Positions 40,424 through 50,029 are shown, counted from the stretch's first letter. The stretch is 64,000 nt of DNA from Candidatus Limnocylindrus sp. (GCA_040397175.1 JBBAWM010000001.1:185976-249975), one strand, 5' to 3'. A program made the numbers and translations. The notes: a model not told the origin generated them from the sequence alone.

Positions 40424-41161
40424 ATGGACTTTGAGCACCGCTGGCTCGGGAGAATCGGCTACGACGAGGCGCACGCCCTGCAGCGAGCGCTGCTGGCTGA
40501 GCGTGCCGAGGGTCGCGGCCGCGACACCCTGCTCACGTTGGAGCACGATCCCGTGATGACCCTGGGGCGCAACGCCAACCCGACCCATCTGCTGCTCTCT
40601 GAAGCTGACTACGTTGCGCGCGGCATCGCCGTGCGACACGTCGAGCGCGGTGGCGAGGTCACCTATCACGGCCCTGGGCACCTGGTGATGTATCCGATCG
40701 TGGCGCTGCGCGAAAACGGCATCTCGCTGCGTGCACACATTCGTGCACTCGAGGCGGCCCTGATTGCCGCGTGTGCGGCGTTCGGTATTGCTGCGGAACG
40801 GCGTGATGGAGCACCTGGCTGCTGGGTGGGCGAGCGCAAGATTGGTGCGGTCGGCGTGCGCGTAGAGCGTGGCGTCGCCTGGCACGGACTTGCCCTGAAT
40901 GTCGGGCGGGATCTTGCGCCATTCGAACTGATCAATCCATGCGGCCACGCCGGCGTCGTCTCTACCTCGATCGCCCTGGAGCAAGATTGGGCGGCCACCG
41001 CACGCGGCGAGCGCGATGTGATTGGTGCAGCTGCCCCTGATCTTCGGAGCGTGGCGGATCTCGTGGCTGCGGCGTACGGGAGCGAACTTGCCGCGTACGG
41101 CGCGAGCGCTAGCATCCCCGAGATCAGCGCAGTTCCTGCGTCTGCAGGGGGTCCACGATGA
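40424..41161 (+). CDS. lipB: Lipoyl(octanoyl) transferase
   Basis: LEHDPV, RGGEVTYHGPG, RKIGAVG, HGLALN, PCG. Confidence 0.93.
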   Translation: MDFEHRWLGRIGYDEAHALQRALLAERAEGRGRDTLLTLEHDPVMTLGRNANPTHLLLSEADYVARGIAVRHVERGGEVTYHGPGHLVMYPIVALRENGISLRAHIRALEAALIAACAAFGIAAERRDGAPGCWVGERKIGAVGVRVERGVAWHGLALNVGRDLAPFELINPCGHAGVVSTSIALEQDWAATARGERDVIGAAAPDLRSVADLVAAAYGSELAAYGASASIPEISAVPASAGGPR

Positions 41162-42123
41162 GCGGTGGTATCTGGGAGCTGCGTCGCGATGAGATCACGG
41201 GGTGGTGGTCGGCCACGGTGGTCGACCGAGGGTTTCAGCCGCAGCGATTTCATGAGGAGCGCACTTCGGGAGCCCGCGAAGTGGAGTGTACGAATTGCAC
41301 GCAGTCTGATGCCACAGCGGTAACGCGACGTGTGCTGCGGCAGGGCGCGTTCCACTCCGTCGGCACGCGCATGGACGCGGCGGCGGGAGAATCTGGGTTC
41401 CTTACGTTGAGCGATGTGGACCGCGCCGGCTCGTGGTCGACGCTCATCGCGCCAGGTCACGAACACGGCGAGCTCGATGAGGTGCCCGTGACTGTGGTGT
41501 CGGCGCTCTTGATGGCAATCCGCGATCACCTGCGGAGCGCGCGCGACCTTGGCGCAACCGCCTACATTCAATACGTCCGCAATGCCGGGGGGCAGGCGGG
41601 CGCAATGACCGATCACCTCTGCTTCGACGCCTACGACCTGCCACAGGTGCCGCACCGACTCGCCGAAGAGATTGGCGGTGCGGCACGGCTCTCCATTCGC
41701 GCCGGCGGTTGCGCCTACTGCCATCTCGTCGCCGATGAGTCACACGGTGGGCGACGCATGCTCCATCGAGATCCGTTCGGCCTGGTGGTTGCGCCATTCG
41801 CCAGCCGTTCGGCGTTCGAGACGTGGATCGTGCCGAACGCCCACGGCGCCGACTTCGCCGATGCTGACGCCGCGACCATCGCCGGATTCGCCGGCACGAT
41901 CCAGATTGCGGTCCGCGCGCTTCGGGCGATCGGCATGCCGCCATACAACCTCATGTTGCACACCGCACCCCTTCGCGAGCGCGTCGACGGCACCTATCAC
42001 TGGCACTGGGAGCTTCATCCACGCCTCCGTCCGATCGGTGGCCTCGAACTCGCCTCGGGGATTCCCGTGGTGCCGATCTCCCCCGAGGAGGCGGTTGCGG
42101 AACTGCGCCGCGCCCTCACCTAG
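41158..42123 (+). CDS. GalT-like (galactose-1-phosphate uridylyltransferase family) protein with degenerate active site
   Basis: ELRRDEITGWW, CAYC, PFASR, YHWHWE, GLELASG; HPHSQ replaced by HLCFD. Confidence 0.75.
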   Translation: MSGGIWELRRDEITGWWSATVVDRGFQPQRFHEERTSGAREVECTNCTQSDATAVTRRVLRQGAFHSVGTRMDAAAGESGFLTLSDVDRAGSWSTLIAPGHEHGELDEVPVTVVSALLMAIRDHLRSARDLGATAYIQYVRNAGGQAGAMTDHLCFDAYDLPQVPHRLAEEIGGAARLSIRAGGCAYCHLVADESHGGRRMLHRDPFGLVVAPFASRSAFETWIVPNAHGADFADADAATIAGFAGTIQIAVRALRAIGMPPYNLMLHTAPLRERVDGTYHWHWELHPRLRPIGGLELASGIPVVPISPEEAVAELRRALT

Positions 42124-42157
42124 CCACCCTGCTATCGTTCCGCAGCACCCGCAACGT

Positions 42158-42175
42158 GGTCGGCAGAGATCGGCC
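42158..42175 (+). promoter_or_regulatory. Possible PyrR-binding hairpin in the pyrR leader
   Basis: GGTCGG-CAGAGA-TCGGCC stem-loop; loop fits the CNGNGA hexaloop of PyrR sites; lies between TGCTATCGT -10 and AAGGAG SD. Confidence 0.45.
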
Positions 42176-42196
42176 GGCGGGGCAAAGGAGTGAACG

Positions 42197-42769
42197 ATGG
42201 CACGACAGGTGATGAACGCCGAAGAGATCCGCCGGGCACTGACCCGCATCTCGCATGAAATCATTGAAAAAGAAGGGACCGAAGGTCTCGTCGTCGTTGG
42301 TATTCAGCGGCGCGGTGTGCCGTTGGCAAAGGTGATCGTCGAAGCGATCAAGGAGCATGAAGGCGTCACCGTTGAATCGGGCACCCTCGACATCAGCTTC
42401 TATCGTGATGACCTCTCAACGATCTCTGTTGCTCCGGTGCATCGTGGAACATCGATCCCTGGCGACATCACCGGCAAGACGGTGATCCTCGTTGACGACG
42501 TGCTCTATACGGGTCGCACGATTCGCGCCGGCCTTGACGCCCTCATCGACTTCGGTCGACCTAAGGCGATTCGCCTCGTCGCGCTGATTGACCGCGGTCA
42601 CCGTGAGCTTCCGATTCGAGCGGACCACGTGGGTAAGAACATCCCAACGACCAGTGAAGAGGTCGTACGCGTCTGCGTGCAGGAGATCGACGGCGAAGAC
42701 CTCGTTAAGGTGGAGCTGCTCGCCGAGCACCTCGCCGCGAACGACGCGGCCGCCAAGGCGAAGGCTTGA
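42197..42769 (+). CDS. pyrR: Pyrimidine operon regulator / uracil PRTase
   Basis: RISHEI, LDISFYRDDL, DDVLYTGRT, DRGHRELPIRADHVGKN. Confidence 0.96.
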   Translation: MARQVMNAEEIRRALTRISHEIIEKEGTEGLVVVGIQRRGVPLAKVIVEAIKEHEGVTVESGTLDISFYRDDLSTISVAPVHRGTSIPGDITGKTVILVDDVLYTGRTIRAGLDALIDFGRPKAIRLVALIDRGHRELPIRADHVGKNIPTTSEEVVRVCVQEIDGEDLVKVELLAEHLAANDAAAKAKA

Positions 42770-43140
42770 GCGATCCGGTGACCGGTCAACCACAGGGTTC
42801 CGACGCGATGCCCGAGTACAAAGGCGGCCCCCTCGATGCTGACCGTGGTCCCGGCCTCGGCTGCTTCTGGATCCAGGCGGTGGCGCTCGTTGTGGCAATG
42901 GTCCTCGCGCCACTGTCGGCGGTGCTGAACTGGCCGGCCCCGATCGCGATCGGGCTCCTCGTTCTGGTGGTCATCCTGCTCCTACTCGTGGGCCAAACCT
43001 CGATCTTCCTGTTGCGCCTGGTGGCCGCCGATCGGAAGGGGCGCCGTGCCCCAATGCGGAGCGCGTCGAAGACGGTTGGCCAGCTGGAGGATGAGTCGAA
43101 GGGCGACAAGGGGAGCGACGGCGTGGGAGAATCACGCTAA
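42766..43140 (+). CDS. Hypothetical two-TM membrane protein
   Basis: Coupled to pyrR; start TTG 42766 or ATG 42808. Confidence 0.62.
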   Translation: MSDPVTGQPQGSDAMPEYKGGPLDADRGPGLGCFWIQAVALVVAMVLAPLSAVLNWPAPIAIGLLVLVVILLLLVGQTSIFLLRLVAADRKGRRAPMRSASKTVGQLEDESKGDKGSDGVGESR

Positions 43141-43466
43141 TGCCAGTACTTGCAACCTACTTCTCGATTCGACGGGGGCGCGACCCCTTCTTTAAGTTCT
43201 TCATGCGCACCCTCTTCCCCCGAACGGTGAAGGAGTACGAGAAGAGGTTCGGCATCAAGTTCCTCGGCTGGTACAACGTGGCGCACGGCTGGGACTTTGA
43301 CAACGTGATCATGTTCGATCTTCCCGACTACGGCACCCTTGACAAGCTTGAGGCTGACGAATCATCGCGAGCCCTCGGCCATCGCGCGGGGGAGTGGATG
43401 TTTGAGCGCCACCACTCCATGTTCTTGCGAGAGCGTCTCTCTTCTGATCTGGAGTACACGGGCTGA
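43140..43466 (+). CDS. Hypothetical protein (NIPSNAP/dimeric alpha-beta barrel-like)
   Basis: TAATG coupling; strongly biased codon usage; GIKFLGWY pattern. Confidence 0.7.
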   Translation: MPVLATYFSIRRGRDPFFKFFMRTLFPRTVKEYEKRFGIKFLGWYNVAHGWDFDNVIMFDLPDYGTLDKLEADESSRALGHRAGEWMFERHHSMFLRERLSSDLEYTG

Positions 43467-43924
43467 TGATCTTCGGACGAAAGCCAAAGGTAGAGGCGGC
43501 TCCGATTGACGGCGTGCCAGCGCTCTCACATGAGGTTGTGCGCCGCTACGCAGAAGCTGCCGAAGCGGCTGGCTCGGAGCGACTACTGGCGATTGAGCAT
43601 GCAACGGAGCGACTGGGCCGCTACCTTCGCGAACATCGCACCGTACTGCTCACCGCAGCGCCGCTCACCCTCGCTGGAACCGTTGAGGCGCCAGAGCTGG
43701 TCTTGCAACAGGATGGCGGGTTCACCATGAGCTCAACCGATGCCGAAGGCTCCGTATCATTTGATCACGTCAGCATCTCCGAGGTGGTCGAACTTTGGGG
43801 CGCCGCCGACCTCTACGACCGAATCGAGGCGGCACTTCGTTCTGCCGCTGGCCTTGCACCACGACCAACCGGTGCGATCGTGGCGGGCCTCGGCGTGGCC
43901 GGGGACGACCGCGCGTCGGTCTGA
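43466..43924 (+). CDS. Hypothetical protein
   Basis: TGATG coupling to the upstream gene. Confidence 0.6.
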   Translation: MIFGRKPKVEAAPIDGVPALSHEVVRRYAEAAEAAGSERLLAIEHATERLGRYLREHRTVLLTAAPLTLAGTVEAPELVLQQDGGFTMSSTDAEGSVSFDHVSISEVVELWGAADLYDRIEAALRSAAGLAPRPTGAIVAGLGVAGDDRASV

Positions 43925-43930
43925 ACTGCG

Positions 43931-44782
43931 GTGGGCAGCACGCCCGTCGCCGGTGAACTCCTCGCGATTAGCGAACTTGCCCCTGGTCGCATCACACTGG
44001 AGTTCCGCGCCCCAACGCTGATCGCTGCCCTCCGCCCGGGTCATGCGCTCCACGTCGTACGCCCAGAGTCGGGTGGCTATCGTGTGCGCCGTGTTGCCCC
44101 AGTGTCACGCGTTGACTTGCTTCGCAGCAGCGTCGAGGTCGCACTGCAGCCGCGCGCCGACGGGGGCCAAGATGCGCTCGCTGGCCTGCGCATTGGCGAA
44201 GTGATCGAACTGATCGGGCCCATTGGGCAACCGATCCTCATCAACAAGTCGACGATGCGGCTGCTGCTCATCGCCGATGTCGAGGGGTTCGCCTGGGTAC
44301 GCGCGCTCGCGATCGCTGCAACGGGCGCAGGCATAAGCGTGACCGTGCTCCAGCAGGCCGAGACGGCTGGGGACCTTCCGCCAGCAAGCCTCCTCCCCGA
44401 TGTGGTGGAAATTGTCGTCGCCACGAGCGATGGCAGCATCGGCCATCGTGGCACCATCGTCGACCTCTTCGCCGAATATCTCGCGTGGGCGGATCAGGCG
44501 GTTGTCGCAGCGAGTGCCGAGATTCGCGCCGCCGCAACGTCCGCCGTACTTCGACAAGGCGTTGCAGATCGCACCACCGCGAGCGGCAAGCCCTCGCGTG
44601 CGCGCTCCGCACTGGCAGGGGAACGAGCCCCGCGCCTGCAGGCGTTGCTGGCGCATGAGATCGGTTGCGGCATTGGCGCATGTGGCGGCTGTACCGTCGC
44701 AACGCGTGCGGGCCAGGTGCGCCTCTGTCGCGAAGGTCCAGCGGTTGACGCAACCGGCTCCTCCTCGAGCGGTGGTGCATAA
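43931..44782 (+). CDS. PyrK-like electron-transfer subunit (2Fe-2S), divergent
   Basis: GPIG, TSDGSIG, CGIGACGGC...LCREGP. Confidence 0.78.
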   Translation: MGSTPVAGELLAISELAPGRITLEFRAPTLIAALRPGHALHVVRPESGGYRVRRVAPVSRVDLLRSSVEVALQPRADGGQDALAGLRIGEVIELIGPIGQPILINKSTMRLLLIADVEGFAWVRALAIAATGAGISVTVLQQAETAGDLPPASLLPDVVEIVVATSDGSIGHRGTIVDLFAEYLAWADQAVVAASAEIRAAATSAVLRQGVADRTTASGKPSRARSALAGERAPRLQALLAHEIGCGIGACGGCTVATRAGQVRLCREGPAVDATGSSSSGGA

Positions 44783-45814
44783 GTGCCCCCGAGGAAGCGC
44801 GCAAAGGTGGCGGCGCCACGCGCGAGCCGAACGGTGCGAGCCAAAGAGCCCGTGAACGAGCGAGTCAATCCCCAGACCGTAGACCTTGCCGTCACCCTTG
44901 GTGCGGAGCACCCGCTACGCATTGAACGCCCGATCGTTGTCGCCAGCGGACCGCTTGGATTTGGTAACGAGGCTGGTAGCGCAGTCGATCTCCGAGACGT
45001 TGGCCTTTTCGTTGTGCGCGGTATCTCACTACGTCCACGATACGGTGGCCTCATGCCACGATTGGTCGAGGTGCCGGGAGGCCTCATGCACGCCGTGAAC
45101 CGTGAGAATCCAGGGGCCGATGAGGTGATGGATCGACACGGTGCAAGTTGGCGATCGGCACCCTGCGCGGTCGCACTCTCCCTGGTGGCAGGCTCGGTGA
45201 AGGAGCTGGCGCAACTCATCGCACGAGTAGAACGACGTGCAGACGAACTCGGCATCGTCGCCCTTGAAGTGGACCTCACCGCCCCATGCGATGGCCTTGA
45301 AGGGAGCCGTTGGGAATCGTCAGCGGACGAGTCGCTGCGCCTGATTGATACGGCACGTGGCGCAACCGATCGACCGCTCATCGCAAAGGTGTCGGCGGCG
45401 GCGAGCGAACTCCGCCGTCTATCAAGTGAGTCGCTCGACGCGGGGATCGATGTGCTTTCGGTGAGTGGATCCCCGTACGGATTTCTTCCCGATCGCGCGC
45501 GGCGCGGACCCGCCTTGGCGGCAGGCATTGGTGAGCTCTCCGGACCACTCGTGCGGCCCGCCGCGCTCGCGGCAATCGCCGAGGCGGCCAGCGGCGTTGG
45601 TGCACCAATCATTGGCGGGGGAGGAATTGGCTCGCCAGCCGATGCCCTCGACGCCTTCGCCGCCGGAGCGAGTGCAGTCAGTCTCGGAACGGCGCTTTGG
45701 GCAGACCCACGGCTCCCCCGAGCGGTCGGAGATTCGCTGCGGCGGGCCGTGGCCGCCCGTGGCGAGACCAATGTGATTGCACTTCGTGGCAGTGCGCTCG
45801 GCGTTCACTCATGA
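44783..45814 (+). CDS. PyrD (family 1B)-like FMN oxidoreductase, divergent
   Basis: VASGPLGFG, PRLVE, NPG, LSG, IIGGGGI, GASAVSLGTA. Confidence 0.78.
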   Translation: MPPRKRAKVAAPRASRTVRAKEPVNERVNPQTVDLAVTLGAEHPLRIERPIVVASGPLGFGNEAGSAVDLRDVGLFVVRGISLRPRYGGLMPRLVEVPGGLMHAVNRENPGADEVMDRHGASWRSAPCAVALSLVAGSVKELAQLIARVERRADELGIVALEVDLTAPCDGLEGSRWESSADESLRLIDTARGATDRPLIAKVSAAASELRRLSSESLDAGIDVLSVSGSPYGFLPDRARRGPALAAGIGELSGPLVRPAALAAIAEAASGVGAPIIGGGGIGSPADALDAFAAGASAVSLGTALWADPRLPRAVGDSLRRAVAARGETNVIALRGSALGVHS

Positions 45815-46458
45815 GTGAACCGCCCCGTGGCCCATTGGATCACACCGTGGCCGCGCAACGCATTGAGGAGCTCTTGCTCTCGACCAGTGCGTTGCGACGT
45901 GGGCATTTTTTGTTTCAACATGGACGCCATGGAGATCGCTCCTTGGAGTTGCCCGCGCTCTTCCAGGATCGGGAAGCCACATCGGAGATCGCGCAGGAAA
46001 TCGCCACCCAGAGCCGACAGGTCGTTCAGGCGATTGGTGGAGAGATCGATCTTGTCGTCGGCTCCGCAGCGTGTGCGACGCTTCTGGCGATTGAGATCGG
46101 CCGACACCTTGGCGTGCCCGGCCTCACTGCCGAAGCGGTACGTGGCGCTGATGGCGTTGTGCGGTCTCTGCTTCCAGGGGAACCTCACGCTCCGCCGCGG
46201 GCGCGAGTCCTTCTCGTCGACGACGCGCTGACTACCGCCGGATCACTCCAGTCACTCCTTCCGCCACTGTACGCCGCAGGTGCCCATCCGATTGCCGCCG
46301 CCGTCGTTGTGCGTCATACGGCGGAGCTGACGTCGATTGAGGCGGAGGGGCGTGATCCGATTCCACTCATCGCCGGGATCACGATGAACCTGCCAACCTA
46401 TGCGGAAGGGGAGTGTCCGCTCTGTGCCGCGGGAGAGCCGCTGGTGCGTGGGGAGTAG
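45811..46458 (+). CDS. PyrE-like phosphoribosyltransferase, divergent
   Basis: GHFL...GRH, LLVDDALTTAGS, C-terminal CPLC. Confidence 0.75.
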   Translation: MSEPPRGPLDHTVAAQRIEELLLSTSALRRGHFLFQHGRHGDRSLELPALFQDREATSEIAQEIATQSRQVVQAIGGEIDLVVGSAACATLLAIEIGRHLGVPGLTAEAVRGADGVVRSLLPGEPHAPPRARVLLVDDALTTAGSLQSLLPPLYAAGAHPIAAAVVVRHTAELTSIEAEGRDPIPLIAGITMNLPTYAEGECPLCAAGEPLVRGE

Positions 46459-46468
46459 TGGCCGCCCG

Positions 46469-47437
46469 CTAGTTTGTGGCGAGCTCTGCGAGCGCTGCGT
46501 CAATCTCCGCTGGGAGCACCACTCCTTCGAGCGAGCGAAGGATGCGCCCGTCGCCTCCGACCGTAAAGACCCAGGGCTCAACCGGCAGCTGCCACGCATC
46601 CACGATGCTCGTCGGCTGAAGGCCGCCGCTCGCGGCGAGGATGGGGATCAATCGCGTGCCATTCCAGCTCATTTGATATGGCTCAACGTGAATGATCACC
46701 ACCCCTGGGTGACGATCGGCCGCCACCTTCATGATCGCGAGCGTTGGTCCGCATGCCTGTGAAACACAGAAGGCTGGCGAGGCGAACACGATGACAAATG
46801 GGGTTCCGGTCGCGAGCAGTTCAGCAGCAGAGTGCGTATAGAAGTCGGACCGCGGAGTGGGGTCAGTGGAAACGCCAGCAACGCCGTGCGGGTCGGTGGC
46901 GGCGATTGGTGTGGCGACGTTCGGCGCCTTGTTCCCGGGCCGCGGCGCAACGCCAGCCAGCTGGACCAAGGCGGTGACGCGAATGAGTACGGTTGCACCC
47001 GCGGCATCCGTGCCACTAATGACGAGTCCAATCTCTCGCGCGCCAACTGGAATATTGGTGGTGCCAATGAAAAAGCCGCGAACATTGGTGATCGCCCACC
47101 CAAACGGGAGAGGCGATGCCGCTGCCAGTGGCGTGCAGCCGTCGGTGGTGATGTCAAAGACCTCGCCCTTCAGCGTCCAGTCTGGTGAGCCGAGTGGGAA
47201 GCTGGCAGCGTCCACGAGCCCGAGGATGATGCGCGTAGGGCCAGGTGCAAGGTCGCTATTGGCCAGCAGGGGGAGGGGTCCAGTCGAACTGGCCTGACCT
47301 GCGGCCGGCCACGCGTCGGTACACCCGTGGCGAGCGCTCCCGCCGGCGCTGGCGCTCGGTGAGGGGGTGGCGCCACTGCAGGCGACGAGGGCCGCACTGA
47401 GGGTGGTCAACATGGCGATCTGCACGAGCTTCTTCAC
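46469..47437 (-). CDS. Lipoprotein with C-terminal thioredoxin-like domain
   Basis: Lipobox LVAC; FASPAFCVSQACGP, IHVEPY, EPWVF. Confidence 0.75.
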   Translation of the reverse strand: MKKLVQIAMLTTLSAALVACSGATPSPSASAGGSARHGCTDAWPAAGQASSTGPLPLLANSDLAPGPTRIILGLVDAASFPLGSPDWTLKGEVFDITTDGCTPLAAASPLPFGWAITNVRGFFIGTTNIPVGAREIGLVISGTDAAGATVLIRVTALVQLAGVAPRPGNKAPNVATPIAATDPHGVAGVSTDPTPRSDFYTHSAAELLATGTPFVIVFASPAFCVSQACGPTLAIMKVAADRHPGVVIIHVEPYQMSWNGTRLIPILAASGGLQPTSIVDAWQLPVEPWVFTVGGDGRILRSLEGVVLPAEIDAALAELATN

Positions 47438-47484
47438 CAGATCACTGTATCCCACGTTTCTGAGGGTCGGCGTACCATCAGCGT

Positions 47485-49308
47485 ATGAAGAGTTTCCGCA
47501 CGGCACTACGACTCCTCCTCGCCGCCACCATCGGCCTCGTCGTGGTCGGCGTTATCGTCCGCGCCACGGAGTCCGGCATGGGCTGCCCCGACTGGCCACT
47601 CTGCTACGGCCAGCTGATTCCACCCACGGTCGATTCAGGAGAGGTGATCGCCTACAAGGCCTGGTTGGAGTGGATTCATCGCACCATCGCGGCGGGGATT
47701 GGCCTCATCGCCCTAGCGGTCGTGATCACTGCACTGCGCAACCTGAAGGGGCGTCGCTCGCTCCAGGGGGCGTCGATCGCCCTGCTGATCCTGGTCCTCT
47801 TCCAGGCCTGGCTGGGACGTCAAACGGTCTTGGAGTCCAACTCGGGGATCTCGGTGACGGCGCACCTCGCGACGGCGATGGCCTTCGTGGGCCTCCAAGT
47901 CTGGGTGCTGGCTCGAAGTGGGTACGCAGAGTCCCTTGCTGGCATTCGCCGCGCGAGCGGGAGCGTGGTTGCCCCAATCGTTGCTTCGGGGGCGATCTAC
48001 ACCTTACTGCTCTTCGGATCAAATGTGTCCGGCACGGAGACGGGGCTGCTCTATCCAGATTGGCCGCTCATGGGCGGCACGCTCTTCCCGCCTGTCACCG
48101 CACTCTCGATTCCGCAAATTGCACATCGATATGCCACGGCGATCGTGGCGCTCATCCTGATTTCGGCACTCTGGATCGTTCGCCGAGAGAAGGGGAGCCC
48201 CCCACGCGTACGCCAACTACTCACCTACGCCACCGCGGCATTTGCGGTGCAGTGCCTGATCGGCGCCGCGCAAATCTTCACCAAGCTCGCACCATGGACG
48301 CAGACGCTCCATGTGGCCCTTGCCACCATGATCTGGATCCTGACCGTTGGCGCCGCATCCGTTGCGCTGCTTGAGGGGCGCTCCGAAGGCACCACGCCGT
48401 CGGGTGGCGCTACCCGCAAAGGTCAGTCTCGCCGTGAGACGCTCTCGGCGTATATCGCGCTCACGAAGCCACGCATCGTCGAACTCCTCCTCATCACGAC
48501 CATCCCGGCGATGTTCCTCGCGGCACACGGCGTTCCGCCGCTCACACTCATCGCCGCAACGCTGATTGGTGGGACCCTCAGTGCGGCGAGCGCCAACGTC
48601 TTCAACTGCATCGTCGATGCCGACATCGACGCGCAGATGGCACGCACCGCCGCACGGCCGCTCGTCACCGGTCGAATTAGTGTCGGGTCGGCGCTGCTCT
48701 TTGCGAGCATCCTTGGCGTGACGAGCTTCCTCTTCCTTGCCATCACCACCACGATCATGGCGGCATTCGTCTCACTGCTTGCCATTGCCTTCTACGTGCT
48801 GATCTATACGCTGATCCTTAAGCGATCAACTCCACAGAACATCGTGATTGGCGGCGCAGCCGGCGCACTCCCACCTGTGATCGGCTGGGCTGCGGTAACG
48901 GGCGACATCTCGCTGGTGCCGATCCTGCTCTTCGCCCTCGTCTTCTATTGGACGCCGCCACACTTCTGGGCGCTCGCCCTTCGCATTGGTCCCGACTATG
49001 CCGCCGCTGGGGTGCCGATGCTCCCCGTCACCGCTGGCCCTGCGGAGACCGCGCGGCAGATCTGGCTCTACACGATTCTGCTGGTGTCGATGAGCCTGAT
49101 GCTCTGGGCGGTGGCGGGGATGGGACTCGTCTACTTCGGTGTCGCGGTGGTTGGTGGCGGCATCTTCCTGCTGCGGGCCTGGCGCCTGCGCAGCGATGTG
49201 CTTGGCGATCGACTACTGCGTGGCGCCACGCGGCTCTACCGCTTCTCGATTAGCTACCTCACACTGATCTTCGCCGCGATCGCGATCGACTCCATCCTGC
49301 CGCGCTAA
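47485..49308 (+). CDS. Fused heme A synthase (CtaA) and heme O synthase (CtaB)
   Basis: N-half GMGCPDWPLC, EWIHR and His ligands; C-half LTKPR, DIDAQMARTAARP, NIVIGGAAG, WTPPHFWAL. Confidence 0.92.
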   Translation: MKSFRTALRLLLAATIGLVVVGVIVRATESGMGCPDWPLCYGQLIPPTVDSGEVIAYKAWLEWIHRTIAAGIGLIALAVVITALRNLKGRRSLQGASIALLILVLFQAWLGRQTVLESNSGISVTAHLATAMAFVGLQVWVLARSGYAESLAGIRRASGSVVAPIVASGAIYTLLLFGSNVSGTETGLLYPDWPLMGGTLFPPVTALSIPQIAHRYATAIVALILISALWIVRREKGSPPRVRQLLTYATAAFAVQCLIGAAQIFTKLAPWTQTLHVALATMIWILTVGAASVALLEGRSEGTTPSGGATRKGQSRRETLSAYIALTKPRIVELLLITTIPAMFLAAHGVPPLTLIAATLIGGTLSAASANVFNCIVDADIDAQMARTAARPLVTGRISVGSALLFASILGVTSFLFLAITTTIMAAFVSLLAIAFYVLIYTLILKRSTPQNIVIGGAAGALPPVIGWAAVTGDISLVPILLFALVFYWTPPHFWALALRIGPDYAAAGVPMLPVTAGPAETARQIWLYTILLVSMSLMLWAVAGMGLVYFGVAVVGGGIFLLRAWRLRSDVLGDRLLRGATRLYRFSISYLTLIFAAIAIDSILPR

Positions 49309-49332
49309 CGGCGAGGGGCTGCCGGCGAAGGA

Positions 49333-50019
49333 CTAGCGGCGATCGGCCGCCGCAGCCTGCCGCGCTGCTCGGCCACCGGGATCGAGCCTGCCGAGCCAGA
49401 ACTGCACCTGCGGTCCAATGGTGAGAGCGAACCAGATCGTGCCGAAGCCGAAGGTGCCGCCGAGCGCGATCCCCAAGATGCCCACAACCACCTCGATGGC
49501 GGTCCGCATCTTCCAGATCGGTTGACCGGTGCGGTGGTGGAGCCCAGTCATCAGTCCATCGCGTGGCCCGGGGCCATTACCGCTACCGATGTAGATGCCG
49601 GAGCCGATCCCAACGATTGCGGTGCCGGCGATCGCCAGCGCGCCGGCGAGCAGCGGCTGCGCGGCGACCTCTGCGGCCTGGGGTACTCCAACAAGGGTAA
49701 GAAGCGAAAGTTCGACATTCATTACCCAGCCGATGATCACGATGTTGCTGAGGGTGCCGAGCCCTGGGCGTTGACGAATGGGAATCCAGAGCAGCAGCAC
49801 GAAGATGCCACTGAGCTGCGCGGCCGTACCGATCTGGATGCCGAGCTGCTTGCTGAGCCCCTGATGCAGGATCTCCCACGATGGAAGGCCGACCCCTGCG
49901 GCGAGCATGAAGACCAGTCCGGTCGCGAAGACCGCCTGACCGGCGATGGATTGCGGGAAGCGCTTGAGCGCATCAGCGGTAATCGCCTGTGAGAGCCAGT
50001 TGCTGCGCGGTGTCGTCAT
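49333..50019 (-). CDS. YczE/YitT-family membrane protein
   Basis: GLGT, GPGPRDGLMTGL, GGTFGFGT. Confidence 0.85.
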   Translation of the reverse strand: MTTPRSNWLSQAITADALKRFPQSIAGQAVFATGLVFMLAAGVGLPSWEILHQGLSKQLGIQIGTAAQLSGIFVLLLWIPIRQRPGLGTLSNIVIIGWVMNVELSLLTLVGVPQAAEVAAQPLLAGALAIAGTAIVGIGSGIYIGSGNGPGPRDGLMTGLHHRTGQPIWKMRTAIEVVVGILGIALGGTFGFGTIWFALTIGPQVQFWLGRLDPGGRAARQAAAADRR

Positions 50020-50029
50020 GCGGTTCCCC

